The notes beneath the pieces were generated by a model, which did no database searches, had not been told where the DNA came from, and was given only the letters and a program-made list of their open reading frames with translations. Position numbers and translations under genes: made by a program. From NCBI GenBank assembly GCA_002269645.1, contig NIVC01000146.1:320071-384070 (forward strand): DNA of 64,000 bases, written 5' to 3'. The DNA comes from Macrostomum lignano. Lineage: Eukaryota. Shown here in pieces: positions 1 through 11,862 of this stretch; within the stretch, counting starts at the first letter, position 1, and every line of letters begins with the position of its first letter.

Positions 1-36
1 GTCTGTCTGTCTTTCTGTCTGTCTATCTGTTTGTTC

Positions 37-70
<34 letters not shown>

Positions 71-118
71 GTCTGTCTGTCTGTCTGTCTTTCTGTCTGT
101 CTATCTGTTGGTTCGTCC

Positions 119-198
<80 letters not shown>

Positions 199-222
199 TT
201 CTGTCTGTCTATCTGTTTGTTC

Positions 223-264
<42 letters not shown>

Positions 265-312
265 GTCTGTCTGTCTGTCTGTCTTTCTGTCTGTCTATCT
301 GTTGGTTCGTCC

Positions 313-376
<64 letters not shown>

Positions 377-400
377 TTCTGTCTGTCTATCTGTTTGTTC

Positions 401-468
<68 letters not shown>

Positions 469-504
469 TTCTGTCTTTCTGTCTGTCTATCTGTTGGTTC
501 GTCC

Positions 505-592
<88 letters not shown>

Positions 593-636
593 GTTTGTTT
601 GTCCGTCTGCTGTTTGTCTGTCTGTCTGTCTGTCTG
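1..636 (+). repeat. (GTCT)n microsatellite in last intron of the MAP4K4-like gene
   Basis: Direct inspection. Confidence 0.97.
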
Positions 637-785
637 GCTCTTAGTGTTTATCCTAGGTGGCTTGAAAGCTTTAGGTCTTGAATTCCAGGTGTGAGTTGTA
701 GAGTCCAGGTGTTGCTTGAAAGTTCCATGAGCAGCAGGTTTGCCTGAGTTCTGAAGCGCCGACGCCCCGCCACTCCCAAACCCAG

Positions 786-860
786 GTGTTCTTCACCAGC
801 GCCAAGTCGGGCACGGGGTCCCAGGTGTACTTCATGACCCTGACAAAGTGCAACTGGTGA
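786..860 (+). CDS. MAP4K4: Terminal coding exon of a misshapen/MAP4K4/TNIK/MINK1-family Ste20 kinase (end of CNH domain); rest of gene lies upstream of the window
   Basis: Acceptor ...ctcccaaacccag|GTG, reading VFFTSAKSGTGSQVYFMTLTKCNW*. This matches the family C-terminus KVFFASVRSGGSSQV[YF]FMTL...W. Not in the ORF track (no ATG). The symbol denotes the family; the paralogue cannot be assigned. Confidence 0.88.
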   Translation: MFFTSAKSGTGSQVYFMTLTKCNW

Positions 861-1559
861 TTGGCTTCACTTGGCAGCCGCGCTGAAAGCGAAAAAGCAA
901 CTGAACTGTGAGCAAAGCCGTTGCCATGGCAACCGCACCGCATCCACCTGTATCATACACGTTATTTCGATTCAAACAAATCTTCTGATCGTTGCTTTTT
1001 CTATCTGTTTCTTGTTTGTGCTTCTTCCAAAAATTGGACTATTGAGTCTCGTCTAATGAAACCTTGAAACTGTTTTTTTGCTTTCTCTGTAACAGAGTTC
1101 AGATTTTATTAGAGAAAGAGAGAAGAGTGGCCTGTGGCTCTAGTGTATAAAATATGGTTTCATGATTGCCTTGCTTTTAATAATTTTTTTAGATTGTTTA
1201 TTTGCAATTTGTTTAAACTGGCAATTGTTGCTATTTGTTTTTGCCCCGATCGCGCGCTCTCCTCATTCACTCTCAGTACCTCTGATTGAAAGGTTCAATT
1301 CGCTTTCTGACTTGCTTTCTGTATCAATATTCGCTTATTAGTCTTTGCTAGCTCAGCATTAGCACGCGTGTACTGTAAATATAAATATTTTTCAATCATG
1401 TGCAAAATGATTGAAGACTCACTTTCATTTTCAATTCATCTTTGTTTTTATTGCCGTAGAAGTTTTACTGCGTTATGTTGCTGACAACCGGCACAAGTTG
1501 AAACTCCTCATTACCTCATGGGAATATTGGACCGTTTGATTTATGGGGAATTAATGTCT

Positions 1560-1870
1560 AGTGAATTTACTAGCTGGGTCTATGGGACTATAGGAGCTAT
1601 AAATCTATAGGATGTAGTAGATCTTGGGACCATAGGGTCTATAAATCTATAAGATCTATTAGATCTATGGGACTATAGGATCTATAAATCTATAAGATAC
1701 ATTAGATCTAAAGGACGATAGAATCTATGAGATCTATTAGATGTATGGGACTATAGGATCTATAAATCTAAAGGATCTATTAGATCTAAGTGACTATATG
1801 ATCTATAAATCCCATAGGATCTGGGGATCTATTAGATCTAGAGGGACCATGTGACCTGTGTTTCTATCAG
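1560..1870 (+). repeat. Degenerate tandem repeat (gatctataaatctatag / gggactatag core)
   Basis: Direct inspection. Confidence 0.75.
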
Positions 1871-2549
1871 ATCTAAGGTTTGGCTCTCATCAAACTATTT
1901 TTATTAATTTCGCACAGGTTCAGTGCAGTTCGTCACTTCTATAAATTGCTAGGCAGGCCAGGCCCCATATTGATTATTAATAGCTTCTACAATACTTACG
2001 GAGCCTAGTTTCCTATTCTGCATAGTAACTAACTAGCTCGTACTGTGAAGTTTCTAAATGAAGTAGACCACCCGCCCCTAACAGACAGAAAAATGTGGTG
2101 AGCGCATGTGGCGTTTATTTCAGGTATTTCCGTCACAGCCCCCCCCCCACCCCTACGTGTGTAGTCTGTCTACACTACCACGCCCTGTCTCTGTCTCTCA
2201 ACTCTGCCCTCCTCTGTTTGTACGCTTCGCCGCGTACATGGCGCTGATCACGTGATGAAATGAGTTGCTTTTTTTACTCGTAATAAATTTACAATGAACC
2301 TTAGTAGCAGAAACAGAAGATAGCTTCAGTGTGATGGTTTTCGAAGTTTCCAACTTATTTTGGGGTCACTAAATATGTATTCTCTGTACTGCATTCTGTT
2401 GTGCTTGTAAATTTCTGAATCTCTGCGCTCAGTCTAAGTAGTGTTAACTTAAATTGCGCTTTTAATAATGGTCACACGCTTCAGTATTCTGCTTTTATAT
2501 TTATAATAATGCGCTTTCTGTGTGTTTGGCGACCTGCTTATCTAACTTG

Positions 2550-3035
2550 ACTACTTCTCTGCCTTGTCTAATGTCTACTTCTCTTATCTCTGTTTAGCTG
2601 TCTAATTCTCTTTTCTACTTTGTCTACTTCTCTCTTCTCTTCTCTCTAAATATCTACGTCTCTTCTCTCTTCTCTAGCCTGTCTACTCCTCTACCCTGTC
2701 TACTTCTCTACTCTGTCTACTTCTCTACCCTGTCTACTTCTCTACCCTGTCTACTCCTCTACCCTGTCTACTCCTCTACCCTGTCTACTCTACCCTGTCT
2801 ACTTCTCTACCCTGTCTACTTCTTTTCTGTACCTGTCTAATGTCTACCTCTCTTCTCTACTTTGTCTACTTCTCTCTTCTCCTCTCTCTAACTGTCTACG
2901 TCTCTTCTCTCTTCTCTACCTTGTTTACTTCTCTCCTCTCTTTAGCTGTCTACTTCTCTTCTCTACGGCCTGTCTACTTCTCTCCTCTTCTCTCTAGCTG
3001 TCCACTCCTCTTCTCTACCTTGCCTACTTCTCTAA
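2550..3035 (+). repeat. CT-rich tandem repeat (ctgtctacttctctacc)
   Basis: Direct inspection. Confidence 0.85.
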
Positions 3036-3843
3036 AATTTCTGCATCTTTTCAACGCGTGTCCCTGTTTTGCACTTTTAACTATGAGCCTACCTCTAACA
3101 CTCGGGCCCTCTCCAACTGACTAGCCAAGCTCGGCATGGGCTGCTATGCTTCCACAGCAAATACATTTTCACACACCGCGCCTGCTGCGCATGTAAGTTG
3201 CTCTAATCGGATTGGTTCTCTACAGACATAAATATTACTTCATTTTAACCATATAAAATTATTTTAGTATAACTGATAAATTGATTGTATTTTATCACGA
3301 TTAGCTTGAGTGTCTGTCAAAAAAATATTTAGATGTTTTCACTTTTAGACAAAGTTCAACCAGCACTTTGTAAGCCACTGATGTAATGCTTAAAATATTG
3401 TATTCGTGATTATTATAATTCAACATCCGCTCTGTTTTGCTGCGCGCGTCTTTAATTCAATTTTTGGAGCTTATTTGCACCACAGCAAATTCACTTCTCA
3501 TTGTGTGTGTGGTGTTGCTATGCGCGTATTCCACATCGTGTTGCGGTAATTGACTCGCAATCACTTTGCATTCGTTATTCATGCGATCAAATATACGAGT
3601 AGTAAATTTTTACCGCCGGCTTGTATTATTGTTTTTATTAACACTGCTATGCTCTCTATTTCGCTCAATTTCTATCATGTAATCCACTTTGCCTGTGCGC
3701 CTCGTCTGTTCCCCCAGTGTTAAATGAGCGGTGATAATCAGTAGCGAAACTCTGCTACCATAGACAAACCAACGAGATGGATGGACATGGATAGCGGAAA
3801 TAAGGCGTTATATTTAGGTCGCACATGCCGTGGATTACATACA

Positions 3844-3940
3844 AAGAATCGTCTAATACTAGGAGATGAGCCATAGACAGTATCTCGACGCTTCGCTCGG
3901 AGATTCTGTATGACTCATCTCCTCGTATCAGACGATTCTT
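3844..3940. other. 97-nt near-perfect hairpin (palindromic MITE or pre-miRNA-like)
   Basis: AAGAATCGTCTAATACTAGGAGATGAGCCATA pairs with the reverse complement of the 3' arm at 29/32 positions. The stem continues to a short CGCTTCGCT loop. Confidence 0.7.
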
Positions 3941-4309
3941 GTTTATTTTTTGGGCGAGATCAGGTTAGATTAATGTGAGATTGTCTATCGGGTGAGATTA
4001 TCATCATCATCATCATCATTATTAGCATCATCAACATTATCATTATCATTATCATCATCATCATCATCACTTCCGTAGCAAGTATAACAGTTGGTGCACC
4101 CATTTCTCGACAGCGACTCTCCAACACCTCCGTCTTTTGATCAGATCCACAAACCCTTCCACCTCATTTCCGCGGATTCTTGTCGCTTCTTTTTTAATCA
4201 AATCGTTGCTTTCCAGGAAATGCCCAGCATCCTGTAGGTTTTCATATCGAAAGCCTATCTCGGGGGAGATATGCTTGGGTCCGAGATAGGCTTGGGTTGA
4301 GATGTCGTG

Positions 4310-5570
4310 GGGAGAGATATTCTTAGAGTGAGATCTCGTGAGGAGAGATTTTTTAGGGTGAGATCTCGTGAGGAGAGATTTTCTTAGGGTGAGATCTCGT
4401 GAGGAGAGATTTTCTTAGGGTGAGATCTCGTGAGGAGAGATTTTCTTAGAGTGAGATCTCGTGAGGAGAGATTTTCTTAGGGTGAGATCTCGTGAGGAGA
4501 GATTTTCTTAGGGTGAGATCTCGTGAGGAGAGATTTTCTTAGGGTGAGATCTCGTGAGGAGAGATTTTCTTAGAGTGAGATCTCGTGAGGAGAGATTTTC
4601 TTAGAGTGAGATCTCGTGAGGAGAGATTTTTTTAGGGTGAGATCTCGTGAGGAGAGATTTTCTTAGGGTGAGATCTCGTGAGGAGAGATTTTCTTAGAGT
4701 GAGATCTCGTGAGGAGAGATTTTTTTAGGGTGAGATCTCGTGAGGAGAGATTTTTTTAGGGTGAGATCTCGTGAGGAGAGATTTTCTTAGGGTGAGATCT
4801 CGTGAGGAGAGATTTTCTTAGGGTGAGATCTCGTGAGGAGAGATTTTCTTAGAGTGAGATCTCGTGAGGAGAGATTTTCTTAGGGTGAGATCTCGTGAGG
4901 AGAGATTTTCTTAGGGTGAGATCTCGTGAGGAGAGATTTTCTTAGGGTGAGATCTCGTGAGGAGAGATTTTCTTAGGGTGAGATCTCGTGAGGAGAGATT
5001 TTCTTAGAGTGAGATCTCGTGAGGAGAGATTTTCTTAGGGTGAGATCTCGTGAGGAGAGATTTTTTTAGGGTGAGATCTCGTGAGGAGAGATTTTCTTAG
5101 GGAGAGATCTCGTGAGGAGGGATTTTCTAAGAGTGAGATCTCGTGAAGAGAGATTTTCTTAGGGTGAGATCTCGTGAGGAGAGATTTTCTTAGGGTGAGA
5201 TCTCGTGAGGAGAGATTTTTTTAGGGTGAGATCTCGTGAGGAAAGATTTTCTTAGGGTGAGATCTCGTGAGGAGAGATTTTCTTAGGTGAGATCTCGTGA
5301 GGAGAGATTTTCTTAGGGTGAGATCTCGTGAGGAGAGATTTTCTTAGGGTGAGATCTCGTGAGGAGAGATTTTCTTAGGGTGAGATCTCGTGAGGAGAGA
5401 TTTTCTAAGGGTGAGATCTCGTGAGGAGAGATTTTCTTAGGGTGAGATCTCGTGAGGAGAGATTTTCTTAGAGTGAGATCTCGTGAGGAGAGATTTTCTT
5501 AGGGTGAGATCTCGTGAGGAAAGATTTTTTTAGGGTGAGATCTCGTGAGGAGAGATATTCCTAGAAAGAG
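4310..5570 (+). repeat. 31-bp minisatellite GAGATCTCGTGAGGAGAGATTTTCTTAGGGT, about 40 copies
   Basis: Unit starts at 4391 and 4422 give period 31. Confidence 0.97.
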
Positions 5571-6349
5571 ATTTTCAAGGTTAAGTTTACCGTAGGAACA
5601 ATTGGCATAAGGGTCAGAATTCTATTATGTAAGGTTCTCATAGAATGAGACCTGAGATTTCCACCTTCGGGCATTTGTCGGCAAACATTATCCCTATCCC
5701 AATTGCTCCAGTTAAACAGGCAAGCGCAGCCTGCACAGGGCATGCTGGCTGAAGAAATATTTGATAGCAATGCATGTGCAGTCCCGGCCTTCAGACCCTG
5801 GAGTAGGGAAGGTGCGCCAAGACACCTCCCTGCTTTCCCCTCGCTCGCTCACCCCCACAACCTCCAATCTCGCCCTGTGGCTCCCAAGGCGGCAGATTAA
5901 GAGAGAAAGCTTTCTTCCTCAAGCGAAGCAGCCCCGCTCGCTCGTCTAATCTTCTCAGTCTCTAAGCTCAGTTGGTGGAATGGTTACTGGCAACTATTAG
6001 CCATTACATGCGTACTTCTCTTCTCCGATATATGGATGCGCTAACCCGTTGTTCTTTGGTATTTTATCGATCTGCAACCTTCATAGCCATTCTTAACCCG
6101 AGGCCTTATCTCTATGACCTGTGCTACAATGGCCTGTTAACTTCATTGTATTTGTAGTTAGTGTTTATATACAGGTATATTATATCCAACTGTGCTAGCA
6201 AGAGATTCTCCGCTATTTTTTCGCTCTCTTATCTTGATAGGCTTGATAATTAATTTATCTGGTTGCCAGAGCTATGAGCACGAATCAAAGTTTGTATTGA
6301 TGGGCATTCAGTATAGAATTCAAAAAATCCATTTTTTGTAGCCAAAGCC

Positions 6350-6680
6350 CCAGTCTATCTATCCACTGTCTATGGCCGAACCTCTAGTCTGCCTATCTAA
6401 CCACTGTCTATGGCCAAACCTCCGTTCTGTATATCTATCTATTGTGTATGGCCGAACCCCCAGTCAGCCTATCTAACCACTGTCTATGGCCAAACCTCCG
6501 TTCTGTATATCTATCTATTGTGTATGGCCGAACCCCCAGTCAGCCTATCTAACCACTGTCTATGGCCCAACCTCCAGTCAGCCTATCTATCTGCTGTCTA
6601 TGGCTGAAACTCCAGTCAGCCTATCTAACCACTGTCTATGGCCCAACCTCCAGTCAGCCTATCTATCTGCTGTCTATGGT
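6350..6680 (+). repeat. About 38/76-bp tandem repeat upstream of MOCS2B
   Basis: tctatggccgaacccccagtcagcctatctaaccactg units. Confidence 0.85.
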
Positions 6681-6803
6681 CGAAACCTCAGCCTGCTACA
6701 TGCAAATGCCTACAGCTTATATAAACCAAGTACTCTGGTTATATTTCGAATACCAACTGTCACTTTCCAGCCTTGGCAGCCACCCGGAGACCAACTTATA
6801 AAA

Positions 6804-8119
6804 ATGAACTTTATCGAGGTGACGCCCGAGCCGCTAAGCCTGGACCGAATTCACCAGCTGGTTGTGGACCCAACCTGCGGCGCAGTGTGCCACTTTGTTG
6901 GTGAGTAGATAAATGAATGCTACTAAATATTTCAACTATCCTACTCACAATCCAGCTGAATAGTAGTGCAAACGAGTTTTGTCAATCTTTATTCGGTGCA
7001 ACGTTTTACAAAAAAACCAGGCACTACTCGCGACTCGTTCGAAGGCCGGGAGGTGGTGCGACTGGAATACGAAGCCTACGAGGAGATGGCGCGCAAAGAG
7101 ATGCTGGCCATCTGCCTGCAGGCCAGGCAGCGGTGGAGCTGCCTGCGGCATTTGGCTATCTATCATCGGACTGGGTGAGCTGGGCTTGGTGTTCTGTATT
7201 CAGAGCTACACTTCGGCTCCTTTCTCCCCTCTCCCTTCTCCCCTCTTCCTTCTCCCCTCTCCCTTCTCCCCTCTTTCTCTTCTCCCCTCTCTCTTCTCCC
7301 CTCTGTCCCTTCTCCCCTCTCCCTTCTCCCCCTCTGTCCCTTCTCCCCTCTTTCTCTTCTCCCCTCTCTCTTCTCCCCTCTGTCCCTTCTCCCCTCTCCC
7401 TTCTCCCCCTCTGTCCCTTCTCCCCTCTTTCTCTTCTCCCCTCTCTCTTCTCCCCTCTGTCCCTTCTCCCCTCTCCCTTCTCCCCCTCTGTCCCTTCTCC
7501 CCTCTTTCTCTTCTCCCCTCTCTCTTCTCCCCTCTCCCTTCTCCCCCTCTGTCCCTTCTCCCCTCTGTCTCTTCTCCCCTATCCCTTCTCCCCCTCCCTT
7601 CTCCATTCTCACTCTACCCTTCTCTCCTCTTCCTTCTCCACCTCTCCTCTCTCCCTACCCCTCTCTTGCCCCGTTATCTGTTTCCATATTTATTATATTT
7701 TATTGTTTCTCAATATTTTTTGGCCATCCAGTGTCTCCTTCTCTCCTTCTGCCTTCGCTCACTCGCGCTCACTCTCCTCTTTTCTGTTTACCCAATCAAG
7801 ATACTTTGCAATTAGCAAATCGCTCCCATCCCGCAGCCTGGTGCCCGTTGGCGAGGCCAGCATCATCATAGCCGTGTCGTCTCCGCACCGCTCGGAGGCT
7901 ATCAAAGCCGTTGAGTTCGCGATCAACGCCGCCAAAGCCACGGTGCCGGTCTGGAAGAAGGAGATTTACGCAGGCGACCAGCCGCCTCAGTGGAAGGTCA
8001 ACGCGGAGTGCCAGTGGGCCGGCACTGCCACCGCTTCCGCCGGCGCGGACAAGCCGGCGTCTCCCGGCGAGGCCGCCTCCTCTGCAGGCGGCGCCAGACC
8101 GGCTAACGGACACGCTTGA
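6804..8119 (+). CDS. MOCS2: Molybdopterin synthase catalytic (large) subunit MOCS2B/MoaE, 3 exons, 177 aa
   Basis: Exons 6804-6900, 7021-7174, 7837-8119, all GT-AG and phase-consistent (534 nt). [33 protein letters not shown]|[23 protein letters not shown]...HLAIYHRTG|[21 protein letters not shown]...VPVWKKEIY...WKVNAECQW contains the hallmark MoaE motifs. Confidence 0.95.
7220..7660 (+). repeat. CT-rich array in MOCS2B intron 2
   Basis: ccttctcccctct units. Confidence 0.9.
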
Positions 8120-8360
8120 TTGTCTACCGATATGTATCGAAATTATTTCTAACTTCTTGGGACTGTGGGCTTCAATTAGCGAGGATTGAATTGCTGAATG
8201 CTCAGGTATGAATTATGTAAGAAATGAGCAAGTTAAATGACTGGTTGGTGTATTTTTTTATTTTGGTTTTCTAGCAATTTCATGGTGCTCATCCTGTTGC
8301 CTTGAATACGTGCAAAACTCGTTTTATAACGCGTAAATATGCTCGTATATGTATGTAGAT

Positions 8361-8960
8361 GCCTGTGGCATTTGACTATCTTTCATCGGACTGGGTTGAG
8401 TTGGGCTTCATGTCTCCGCATTCCGAGCTACCCTCTTGGGCTCCTTTCTCTCTTCTCCCCTTTCCCCTCTCCTATCTTCCTCTCTGCCTTTCCCTTCTCC
8501 CTCCTCCCCTCTTTCCCCCTTCTCCCCTCTCCCTTTCCCCTCTCTCCTATCTTCCTCTCTCCCTTTCCAATCTCCCTCCTCCCCTCTTTCTCCCTTTTCC
8601 TCTCTCCCTTTCCCCTCTCTCCTATCTTCCTCTCTCCCTTTCCAATCTCCCTCCTCCCCTCTTTCTCCCTTTTCCTCTCTCCCTTTCCCCTCTCTCCTAT
8701 CTTCCTCTCTCCCTTTCCAATCTCCCTTCTCCCCTCTTTCTCCCTTTTCCTCTCTCCCTTTCCCCTCTCTCCTATCTTCCTCTCTCCCTTTCCAATCTCC
8801 CTTCTCCCCTATTTCTCCCTTTTCCTCTCTCCCTTTCCCCTCTCTCCTATCTTCCTCTCTCCCTTTCCAATCTCTCTTCTCCCCTCTTTCTCCCTTTTCT
8901 TCTCCCTTTCCCCCTCTCCCTCGCTCCTCTCCCCTCTCTCCCCTCCCTTCTCCCTATTCC
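8361..8960 (+). pseudogene. Degenerate duplicate of the MOCS2B exon-2 3' end plus start of intron 2
   Basis: gcctgtggcatttgactatctttcatcggactgggttgag (8361-) versus gcctgcggcatttggctatctatcatcggactgggtgag (7141-). Both are followed by a similar linker and a CT-rich array. Confidence 0.75.
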
Positions 8961-9604
8961 GTCTGCTGATGCTGTTGCCTTGAATGTGTGTAAAACTTAT
9001 GTATTTGTAGATCAATGAATTCTAAACTGCAGATCCTACTCATCCTACTGTTAGTAGATTCTAAATAAATCTGGCTGTGAACTAAAGAAAATCAGAGATA
9101 AACCTCCATGCTCTAATTAAAGTCGTGGCAAAGACTTCATATAAAAATAACACAACATGATGTTCATTCATTGTATTATTTTCCCGGAACAGAATAGTCA
9201 ACTATTATGAAAATAGTACACAATCATTTATTGAACATACAGCCTACTTGAATAGCAGTAAGTTTTTTTGGCAAGCAAAATAGGAGAGCACCAACTATGA
9301 TATAAAATCAAATTGTTCATGGGAATTTGTTTAGAGCACCAAAATGATGGAAATCTTGTCAGCTCGGTTGCAATGTGGAATAAAAAACGCACATTCTACA
9401 GATGATGATAAGCAAGTGCTAGCATTGATTTTAGTCAGTACAGAATATATTATATTGCTCATTAGCAGTAGTAAATCAAGGTGCGCCATTAAAAGCATGC
9501 AATGGGTTTCTATAAAAGAAGCGTGTGTACAAACCACTCGGCAGCTGCGGCCTGATCGATACTCCTGTAAATCAATATTAGTAATGCTTTGCTAAATTGG
9601 TATT

Positions 9605-10040
9605 GGGGATGAGGTGCTTCAGGAAGGAGAGGGTGAGGTTTTTCTAGCGAGAGGGTGAGGTGCTTCAGGCGGGAGAGGGTGAGGTGCTTCAGGCGGGAGA
9701 GGGTGAGGTGCTTCGGGCGGGAGAGGGTGAGGTGCTTCAGGCGGGAGAGGGTGAGGTACTTCAGGCGGGAGAGGGTGAGGTGCTTCGGGCGGGAGAGGGT
9801 GAGGTGCTTCGGGCGGGAGAGGGTGAGGTGCTCCAGGCGGGAGAGGGTGAAGTGCTCCAGGCGGGAGAGGGGTGAGGCGCTTCAGGCGGGAGAGGGTGAG
9901 GTGCTCCAGGCGGGAGAGGATGAGGTGCTTCAGGCGGGAGAGGGTGAGGTGCTCCAGGCGGGAGAGGGTGAGGTGCTCCAGGCGGGAGAGGGTGAGGGGC
10001 AGGAGTGGGTGAGGTGTTTCTAGCGGAAGGGAGTGAGGTG
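9605..10040 (+). repeat. 24-bp minisatellite TGCTTCAGGCGGGAGAGGGTGAGG
   Basis: Direct inspection. Confidence 0.95.
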
Positions 10041-10611
10041 CTTCAGACAGGAAATGTGTCCAAGATTCAGTTGTTTCAAATAGTACACTGCAGCGGATTC
10101 TAGCCTACAGAAGGGGCTCGGGATGGAAGGCAGAGGCTAGAAAAGTGCAGGCAATTTGAAGCAGACTGGAGAAGCTGCTATAATCCATTTAGACTATAAC
10201 TGAACAAACAATGGTCTAAATATTTTTCACAACAATGAGGAAGTCTTTCGGGGGGGCGCAAAAACATTGGTGCATAAAAATTGAATTGAAGCGCGGGTGC
10301 ACCGAACACGGAAATTGAAGGCTGTTAACAATGAAATGAAGGGAACAAATGTGCCTAGTGATGAGGAAGATAGATGCTAAATTGCAACAAAAGCAGCTGC
10401 GGGGACAGATCTCCCACGCTGAGCTCAGCGGGGTTTCACTCTTGACTGGCGCGCTGTCTGGATGAAAAAAGAAGATTTCGAGTACCGGGCAAGTTCGGAA
10501 CAAAAAATAAAATAATATTGCCAAAAATAGAAAAAGCCAAGCTGCTCGAGAAGAAAAGAAATCTTAGCTGCTTTTAGTTTTATTCAGTAGTTCCGGATCT
10601 GTGCGTGCGCC

Positions 10612-11862
10612 TCACGTGAGCTGCGCCGCCAGACGCTGAACCCGGCTCAGGCCGTCCATGTAGTTGAACAACTGCTTCAAGAACTCCTCGTCGTTGACGG
10701 CGCCTTCGACTCCGCTGCCGCCGCCGCCGCCGCCGCTGCACACGATCAGATTGCTGATGCCGTTGATGCCGGCCCGGAAGTACGCCTCCAGCCGGCGCAA
10801 GTGGCGCAGCAGCTGCGCGTTGTCCACGCCGGCCGGACAGGAGGCGGCCAGGCGGTTTGTCATCAAATTCTGCGGCTGCTGCGGCAGCGGCGGAGGGGGC
10901 GGCGGCGGCGGCATGGCGGATAAGTCGGCGGCGTAAGCGCGCAATGGCGGCGGCTGCTGCTGCAGCTGGTGCGGCGGGGCCACCCCCGAGGCGATGGCGG
11001 CGCTCAGCATGGCGAGAAACTCCGGGCTGTTCAACGCGGCCACGCTGCCGCCACCGGAAGACATGTTCAAGCCTGCGAGCTGCTGAACACTCGGATGACA
11101 CGGCTGATGCTGCTGCGGCAGCCTCGGTGGCGGCGGCGGCGGCGGCATCGGTATCGGAAAGGCGGCAGTCGGGGAGTCCAGCGGGTCGACCGAGGCCACA
11201 TTCAACAGGCTGCCGGATGTCGGGGCGGCCTCCTCGTCATCGCCGTCGCTGTCAACGATAACGTCCTCGTCCGCCGCCTCGTCCGTCTGCTGCTGCAGCT
11301 CCTCATCTTCGGCTTCGTCTGCAACGCTGGAATGCCGCGGTCGCTTCAGCGGGGAGTCGCCGCCGCCGCCGCCATCGTCCAGTTGCCGAGGCGTCAGCGG
11401 CCATTTGACTGCGACTTCGGTCGGGGTCCCCGACGCCTGGTAGTCAGCTGAGAAATACTCGTCCTGCCCGGCAGGCGGGTGGCTGTGGAACCGGCAGGCC
11501 GTGACGCGGCGCACGGAGAGCAGCCGCCTGCCGATGCTGATGGCCGTGGCCGGACAGAACCGCTTGCTGCAGCGCCAGAACACCCGGCCGTCCTTGCCTG
11601 ATCGGCTCTCCGTCATCTTGTAGCCGTCGATCACGATGCTTTCCTTGTTCTTGCGGGTCACGTCCCACTTGACGCTGACTATGCCGCGGGCCTCGGCACA
11701 TCGACGCTCGACAACGTCTGGACGATCGCTGGCGGCGCGTTCGGGCCGATGATCGGTGTGTCGAACAGGCTGGGAGTGCGGTCGGTTCTGCTGCTGAACC
11801 GTCAGATCCAGCGCGTCTGACAGCATGGGGTCTTCGCCCACCTGATGCTGCGGCTGCTTCAT
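10612..11862 (-). CDS. FLYWCH-type zinc-finger protein (one FLYWCH domain, low-complexity Pro/Gln/Gly/acidic regions)
   Basis: Long GC-rich ORF containing SIVIDGYKM...GRVFWRCSKRFC...HSH (FLYWCH pattern Y...WxC-xn-C-xn-HxH). First ATG after an acceptor (ttttccccag, AG at 11920-11921) is at 11862. AATAAA lies about 30 nt after the TGA. Confidence 0.8.
   Translation of the reverse strand: MKQPQHQVGEDPMLSDALDLTVQQQNRPHSQPVRHTDHRPERAASDRPDVVERRCAEARGIVSVKWDVTRKNKESIVIDGYKMTESRSGKDGRVFWRCSKRFCPATAISIGRRLLSVRRVTACRFHSHPPAGQDEYFSADYQASGTPTEVAVKWPLTPRQLDDGGGGGDSPLKRPRHSSVADEAEDEELQQQTDEAADEDVIVDSDGDDEEAAPTSGSLLNVASVDPLDSPTAAFPIPMPPPPPPPRLPQQHQPCHPSVQQLAGLNMSSGGGSVAALNSPEFLAMLSAAIASGVAPPHQLQQQPPPLRAYAADLSAMPPPPPPPPLPQQPQNLMTNRLAASCPAGVDNAQLLRHLRRLEAYFRAGINGISNLIVCSGGGGGGSGVEGAVNDEEFLKQLFNYMDGLSRVQRLAAQLT

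Noticed and set aside
31-694. Long ORFs such as VCLS/SVCL repeats, also 15875-16956, 54265-54909, 61377-61986
   Set aside because: Translations of tetranucleotide microsatellites; stop-free by construction.
671-943. Minus-strand 90-aa ORF
   Set aside because: Antisense shadow of the plus-strand MAP4K4-like terminal exon.
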